DNA from: an uncultured Anaerolineae bacterium
GTDB taxonomy: Bacteria > Chloroflexota > Anaerolineae > CAYNKW01
Direction: 5' to 3'
Assembly (NCBI GenBank): GCA_964453885.1
Contig: CAYVPU010000041.1
Span: forward strand, 1-18,113
Length of the DNA: 18,113 nucleotides
Shown here: piece after piece, positions 14,125 through 18,113 of the stretch
Position numbering within the stretch: position 1 is the stretch's first letter
Layout of the letters: each line of letters starts with the position of its first letter
Translations under genes and position numbers: made by a program
Notes under the pieces: generated by a model
The model's database searches: none
Seen by the model: the letters and a program-made list of their open reading frames with translations, nothing else
Told to the model about the DNA's origin: nothing

Positions 14125-16568
14125 GGGTTTGCCTTCAGCCGGGCGACCGAAGCGACTGCGTCTCCGGCCTGGAGTTCCATGATCCGTTTGCCTCGAGAGG
14201 CGCGTCCCTGTTGGGCAAAGCTCTCCACGCGGGTACGGAGGGCCATCCCCTCGGCAGTGATGATCGTGACCTCATCCTCCGGACAGACTACTCGCGCCGC
14301 GACAATGGGGCCAGTTTGTGCCAGGTGCTTCTGGTGAAGTGTGACAACGCCGCTCCCGTGGCGACCTTTGGTGGGATACTCGGACAGGGGCGTACGCTTG
14401 CCGTAGCCGTGGGCTGTCATCACCAGCAATTGCCCCTCGGGCTCGACCACATCCATGCTGGTCACGGCGTCACTGCTGGTCAGGCGGATGGCCCACACCC
14501 CAGCGGCAGCCCGGCCCTGCTGCCGGGCTGCCCTTTCGGAGAAACGCAGCGCCTTGCCTAGCCCGGTGATCAACATGACTTCCCGGTCGCCGTCTGTCAG
14601 CCGCACCCATCCCAATTCGTCTCCCTGTTCCAGCTTGATGGCGGCCAGTCCGCTGCGGCGCACGCTGGCGAACTCGTTCAGCGCCACGCGCTTGATGCGC
14701 CCCTTCCGGGTGGCCATGGTCAGAAAACCAGCCTCCTCAAAGCTAGACACCGGCAGCACGGCGGTGATCCGCTCTCCACTGGACAGGGCCAGCAGGTTGG
14801 CCAGAGGGATGCCTCTCGCCTGCCGCTGTGCGTCCGGGATCTGGTAAACCTTTTCCTGGAACACCCTGCCCTTGTTGCTGAAAAAGAGCACGCTGGCCAG
14901 CGAGTTGGCAGCAAAGAGATATTGCACGGCGTCTTCGTCGCGGATGCTCATGCCCGCCACGCCTCTTCCGCCACCCGCCTGGGAGCGATACGCCTTGATC
15001 GGCGTCCGTTTGATGTAGCCCCGGTGGGTGATCGAGATCAATACCGTCTCATCCGGCACCAGGTCTTCTGCTTCCAATGTCTCCCCATCGCCAACGGCGA
15101 TGCGGGTACGCCGGTCGTCGGCGTAGGTCTCCCGCAGTTCCGCCAGCTCTTCCTTGATGAGATAGAAAATCTTGCGCGGGTTAGCCAGCAGATCTTCCAA
15201 ATAGGCAATGTTCTGGATGACATCCGCGTACTCGTCTTCGATCTTTTGCCGTTCCAGGGCGGACAGGCGGCGCAGTTGCATGTCGAGGATGGCCTGAGCC
15301 TGGATTTTGCTCAGCTTGAAGCGTTTCATCAAGCGTGTGCGGGCCGTCTCGGCATCAGGTGACCGGCGGATAGTCTCAATGACCGCGTCCAGGTTGGACA
15401 GGGCGGTCAGCAGCCCTTCTAGAACGTGTGCCCGCTGATGGGCCCGCGCCAGGTCGTATTCCGCGCGGCGGGTGATGACCTGGCGGCGGTGCTCGACGTA
15501 AATCTGCAACGCCCGCTTGAGCGAGAGCGTCCGGGGCGTGCCATCCACCAGGGCCAGGATGTTCACGCCAAAGGTGTTTTGCAACGTCGTGTGTTTGAAC
15601 AACTGATTGAGCACCTTGCGCGGCTGAGCGCCCCGCTTGAGCTCAATGACAATGCTCATGCCTCGCCGATCCGACTCATCCCGCAGGTCCGATACGTCAG
15701 TCAGGCGACCGTCACGCACCAGGTGGGCGATCTTTTCGAGCAGCCCGGCCTTGTTCACCTGGTAGGGCAATTCGGTGACGACGATGCGATGCCGGTTGCC
15801 GCGCATTTCTTCGATGTGGGTCACGGCTCGCATCACCACTCGCCCACGCCCGGTGGCGTAGGCCTGGAGGATGCCCTCGTTACCCAGGATCAGCCCGCCG
15901 GTGGGAAAGTCTGGCCCCTGGAGAAAGTGCATCAGATCTTTGACCGTGATGTCGTCCAACTCGTCGTAGCGGTCAATGACGTAACCGATAGCGTCGCACA
16001 GCTCCCCCAGGTTGTGGGGCGGGATGTTGGTGGCCATTCCCACAGCGATGCCAGAAGCGCCGTTGAGCAACAGATTTGGCAGTTTCGCTGGCAGCACGGA
16101 CGGCTCTTGCAGTGTCTCGTCAAAGTTGGGGACGAAATCCACCGTCTCCTTGCGGATGTCCTGCATCATCTCCTCGGCAATAGCTGCCAGGCGCACCTCG
16201 GTGTAGCGCATGGCTGCCGGTGCATCCCCGTCCACGCTGCCAAAGTTACCCTGGCCGTCCACCAGCAGGTAGCGCAACGAAAAGTCCTGGGCCATGCGGG
16301 CCATGGCGTCGTAGACCGCCGAGTCGCCGTGGGGGTGATACTTGCCCAGCACTTCACCCACAATACGAGCGCTCTTTTTGTACGCCGTGCCGGACTGCAA
16401 TCCAATGTCGTGCATGGCGTAGAGAATACGCCGGTGCACCGGCTTTAGTCCATCGCGCGCGTCGGGCAACGCCCGCGCCACGATGACGCTCATGGCATAG
16501 TCCAGATACGCCCCGCGCATCTCCTGTTCGATATCTACCGGTTTGACCGTTCCGATTTCCATCTGCAT
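14106..16568 (-). CDS. gyrA: DNA gyrase subunit A
   Basis: Motifs [38 protein letters not shown] and [18 protein letters not shown] are present, and C-terminal beta-pinwheel repeats are visible. The preferred start is ATG 16568 (MQMEIG...) with AGGAGA 10 nt upstream. The ORF track's TTG at 16604 lies inside a hairpin. Confidence 0.93.
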   Translation of the reverse strand: MQMEIGTVKPVDIEQEMRGAYLDYAMSVIVARALPDARDGLKPVHRRILYAMHDIGLQSGTAYKKSARIVGEVLGKYHPHGDSAVYDAMARMAQDFSLRYLLVDGQGNFGSVDGDAPAAMRYTEVRLAAIAEEMMQDIRKETVDFVPNFDETLQEPSVLPAKLPNLLLNGASGIAVGMATNIPPHNLGELCDAIGYVIDRYDELDDITVKDLMHFLQGPDFPTGGLILGNEGILQAYATGRGRVVMRAVTHIEEMRGNRHRIVVTELPYQVNKAGLLEKIAHLVRDGRLTDVSDLRDESDRRGMSIVIELKRGAQPRKVLNQLFKHTTLQNTFGVNILALVDGTPRTLSLKRALQIYVEHRRQVITRRAEYDLARAHQRAHVLEGLLTALSNLDAVIETIRRSPDAETARTRLMKRFKLSKIQAQAILDMQLRRLSALERQKIEDEYADVIQNIAYLEDLLANPRKIFYLIKEELAELRETYADDRRTRIAVGDGETLEAEDLVPDETVLISITHRGYIKRTPIKAYRSQAGGGRGVAGMSIRDEDAVQYLFAANSLASVLFFSNKGRVFQEKVYQIPDAQRQARGIPLANLLALSSGERITAVLPVSSFEEAGFLTMATRKGRIKRVALNEFASVRRSGLAAIKLEQGDELGWVRLTDGDREVMLITGLGKALRFSERAARQQGRAAAGVWAIRLTSSDAVTSMDVVEPEGQLLVMTAHGYGKRTPLSEYPTKGRHGSGVVTLHQKHLAQTGPIVAARVVCPEDEVTIITAEGMALRTRVESFAQQGRASRGKRIMELQAGDAVASVARLKANPVKRDA

Positions 16569-16591
16569 ACGTTCGATGTCTCCTGCTGTAA

Positions 16592-16610
16592 GGCGGATTG
16601 GCAATCCGCC
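16592..16610 (-). other. short hairpin (GGCGGATT-GGC-AATCCGCC) between the MgtC-like gene stop and gyrA
   Basis: Perfect 8-bp stem with a 3-nt loop. No U-tract follows on the minus strand. It is either a weak terminator or a gyrA leader structure. Confidence 0.35.
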
Positions 16611-16619
16611 CTACTATGT

Positions 16620-17882
16620 CTATACCACCAGGAAGGCGACGCTGACACCGGTGACCAGCATCAACACGAAACCTGGCAGCAACGCCCGGCGCAGAAATGC
16701 CGAACCACTGGCCAGCACGATGCCGCCTTTGACCATGGTGTTCGACATGGCCGCCAGCACAATAGCACGCGCGGCAACCGTCAGGCTCACACCACCGGCC
16801 TGGCCGCCCAACTCGGCCATGGAGAGGGTGATAGCATCCACGTCTGTCAGCCCGGCGACGATGCTGGCGAGATAGACGCCGGTGTCGTCCAGGTAGGTCT
16901 GGGCTGCTTTGGAGACCAGGAGGATGGCCGCGTAGATCAAACCGAATTTGACCGCTGGCCCCAGTTCGAACGGGTTGGAAAAATCTACGCCTCCCTCTTC
17001 ATCGGTGCGCTGAGAGAGGTACAGGTACAGACCGTAGGCCAGTCCCACCGCTGCCGAGGCTGCTACCGGCAGCCACAACACCCGTAACAGGGTGATGTTT
17101 AGCGCGGCGACTACTGCGATTACTCGCACAAACATAGTCGTCCAGGCCACCATAATCGCCAAGGCAAAGGGCTTGTCCAGATCCGACTGCGTCTGGCTCC
17201 GCTGCGAGAAGCTGAGCGTCACCGCCGTGCTGGACACCAGCCCGCCCAGCAGGCCGGTCAGACCGATACCCCGATGGGAACCTACCACCTTGATCAGCAC
17301 GTAGCCCAGAAAGCTGATGCCAGAGATGAACACGACCATCAGCCAGATTTTATATGGATTGAGCACATCCAGCGGCGGCGGGCCAAAGCTCTGATTGGGC
17401 AGCACCGGCAAGACGATGGCCGTGATGACAGCAAACTTGAGCGTCGCATAGACGTCTTCGCGGGTGATGCGGCGGACGAACGTCTGCATCTCTAGCTTGA
17501 TGGAGAGCAGGACCGTCGTCGCCACGGCTAGTGCCGCTGCCAGGGGCAGGTATTCCCAATAACACAGCGCGCCGCACAGAACGGTCATCAGTGCCGAGAC
17601 CTCGGTCGTCAGGCCCACGTCACCGCGCCAGGCAGTGACTAAATAGGCGATGGCGATCAACGCGCCCACCAGGAGCACGATCCCGATAAAGGCCCACGGC
17701 GAGGCCAACTCGTCCCCCACCATCGCGGCCACGCTGCCGACCAGCGCCATCAGCGCAAAAGTACGCACCCCGGCGAACATCTCCCGGTCTGAATCGTCAT
17801 CGGCATATTCTCGCTGCAGTCCGACCAGGATGCCAATGACCAGTGCCGCGCCGAATCGGTAGAACAGGTTTGTATGATCCAT
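16620..17882 (-). CDS. MgtC/SapB-family membrane protein with a DUF4010-type C-terminal domain
   Basis: The N-terminus (MDHTNLFYRFGAALVIGILVGLQREY...GVRTFALMALVGS) is typical of MgtC. It has ~10 TM helices. AGGAGG lies 10 nt before ATG 17882. The 19-aa N-extension in the ORF track lacks an RBS. Confidence 0.75.
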   Translation of the reverse strand: MDHTNLFYRFGAALVIGILVGLQREYADDDSDREMFAGVRTFALMALVGSVAAMVGDELASPWAFIGIVLLVGALIAIAYLVTAWRGDVGLTTEVSALMTVLCGALCYWEYLPLAAALAVATTVLLSIKLEMQTFVRRITREDVYATLKFAVITAIVLPVLPNQSFGPPPLDVLNPYKIWLMVVFISGISFLGYVLIKVVGSHRGIGLTGLLGGLVSSTAVTLSFSQRSQTQSDLDKPFALAIMVAWTTMFVRVIAVVAALNITLLRVLWLPVAASAAVGLAYGLYLYLSQRTDEEGGVDFSNPFELGPAVKFGLIYAAILLVSKAAQTYLDDTGVYLASIVAGLTDVDAITLSMAELGGQAGGVSLTVAARAIVLAAMSNTMVKGGIVLASGSAFLRRALLPGFVLMLVTGVSVAFLVV

Positions 17883-17929
17883 GTCCACTTTTCCTCCTGT
17901 CTCAAAGCTCTGTCTTTTCAATGGAAGCA

Positions 17930-17958
17930 ACTTTAGCACATTGTCAGGCGGATGTCAA
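17930..17958 (-). promoter_or_regulatory. putative sigma70 promoter for the MgtC-like gene
   Basis: On the minus strand the -35 is TTGACA, the spacer is 17 bp, and the -10 is TAAAGT. The leader to the ATG is ~45 nt. Confidence 0.4.
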
Positions 17959-17970
17959 GACGCCGTGCAC

Positions 17971-18031
17971 GAGGGGTTTCGAAGCGAACCCCTCAGTGGG
18001 GCACCCTATACTCCAAGCGGATCCGTGCCCC
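17971..18031. other. two adjacent perfect hairpins upstream of the MgtC-like promoter
   Basis: Hairpin 1 is GAGGGGTT-TCGAAGCG-AACCCCTC (17971-17994). Hairpin 2 is GGGGCAC-(21 nt)-GTGCCCC (17997-18031). Confidence 0.35.
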
Positions 18032-18113
18032 ATACGCCTCGAATTAACGCTGCAGAAATCAGAAAGCGCCGGCCGAGTAGCGCAAGGGCGCGTATCGAGG
18101 CCAAGCGGCCTGG

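Noticed and set aside
15426-16448. 340-aa plus ORF inside gyrA
   Set aside because: It is antisense to gyrA, a high-GC shadow frame.
17971-18031. tRNA-like sequence (GGTTTCGAAGCGAACCCC)
   Set aside because: It resembles a T-arm superficially, but there is no acceptor, D or anticodon arm arrangement. It is just two simple hairpins.
17883-18113. possible Mg2+ (M-box) riboswitch upstream of the MgtC-like gene
   Set aside because: A plausible TTGACA-17-TAAAGT promoter lies only ~45 nt upstream of the ATG. This leaves no room for a ~160-nt M-box leader, and the hairpins lie upstream of the promoter.
1-18113. CRISPR arrays, rRNA, tRNA and IS elements
   Set aside because: No regularly spaced direct repeats were found. 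No rRNA or tRNA signatures were found. No transposase-like ORFs or terminal inverted repeats flanking a transposase were found.

Overview
This 18.1 kb window is high-GC (~60-65%) bacterial chromosomal DNA. It is gene-dense and most calls are housekeeping or membrane-protein genes.

Plus strand, 1-6760:
- a 5'-truncated PD-(D/E)XK nuclease, possibly a TdeIII-like restriction endonuclease
- a LysM lipoprotein
- a PlsC-type acyltransferase
- three membrane proteins: a DUF2085-like protein, a DUF4013-like protein and a 71-aa poly-Cys micro-protein
- endonuclease IV (nfo)
- a promoter-driven hypothetical membrane-anchored protein
- a histidine phosphatase

Minus strand, 6738-17882:
- a PaaI-type thioesterase
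- a two-gene operon: a PfkB kinase plus a CTP-dependent polyprenol-kinase-like membrane protein
- an AT-shifted (~45-50% GC) island of two genes (8998-11832)
- a multi-TM flotillin/SPFH protein
- gyrA
- an MgtC/DUF4010 transporter-like protein

The most interesting region is the low-GC island. It encodes (i) a protein with a C-terminal LexA/S24 self-cleaving peptidase domain but a non-HTH helical N-terminal domain, and (ii) an HNH nuclease fused to a zinc ribbon, four TM helices and a K/E-rich tail. I propose these two genes as a candidate stress- or phage-triggered (abortive-infection-like) module. I do not recognise this architecture from named systems, so that is a tentative call.

Other notable observations:
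- two copies of a structured ~75-95 bp intergenic repeat family with a GTGAAACGT...CATCACG core
- a nested inverted-repeat element just upstream of the island
- two near-consensus sigma70 promoters, one followed by an operator-like 8-1-8 palindrome
- several intrinsic-terminator hairpins

No rRNA, tRNA or CRISPR features were seen. All family assignments are from motif recognition by eye, without database searches.
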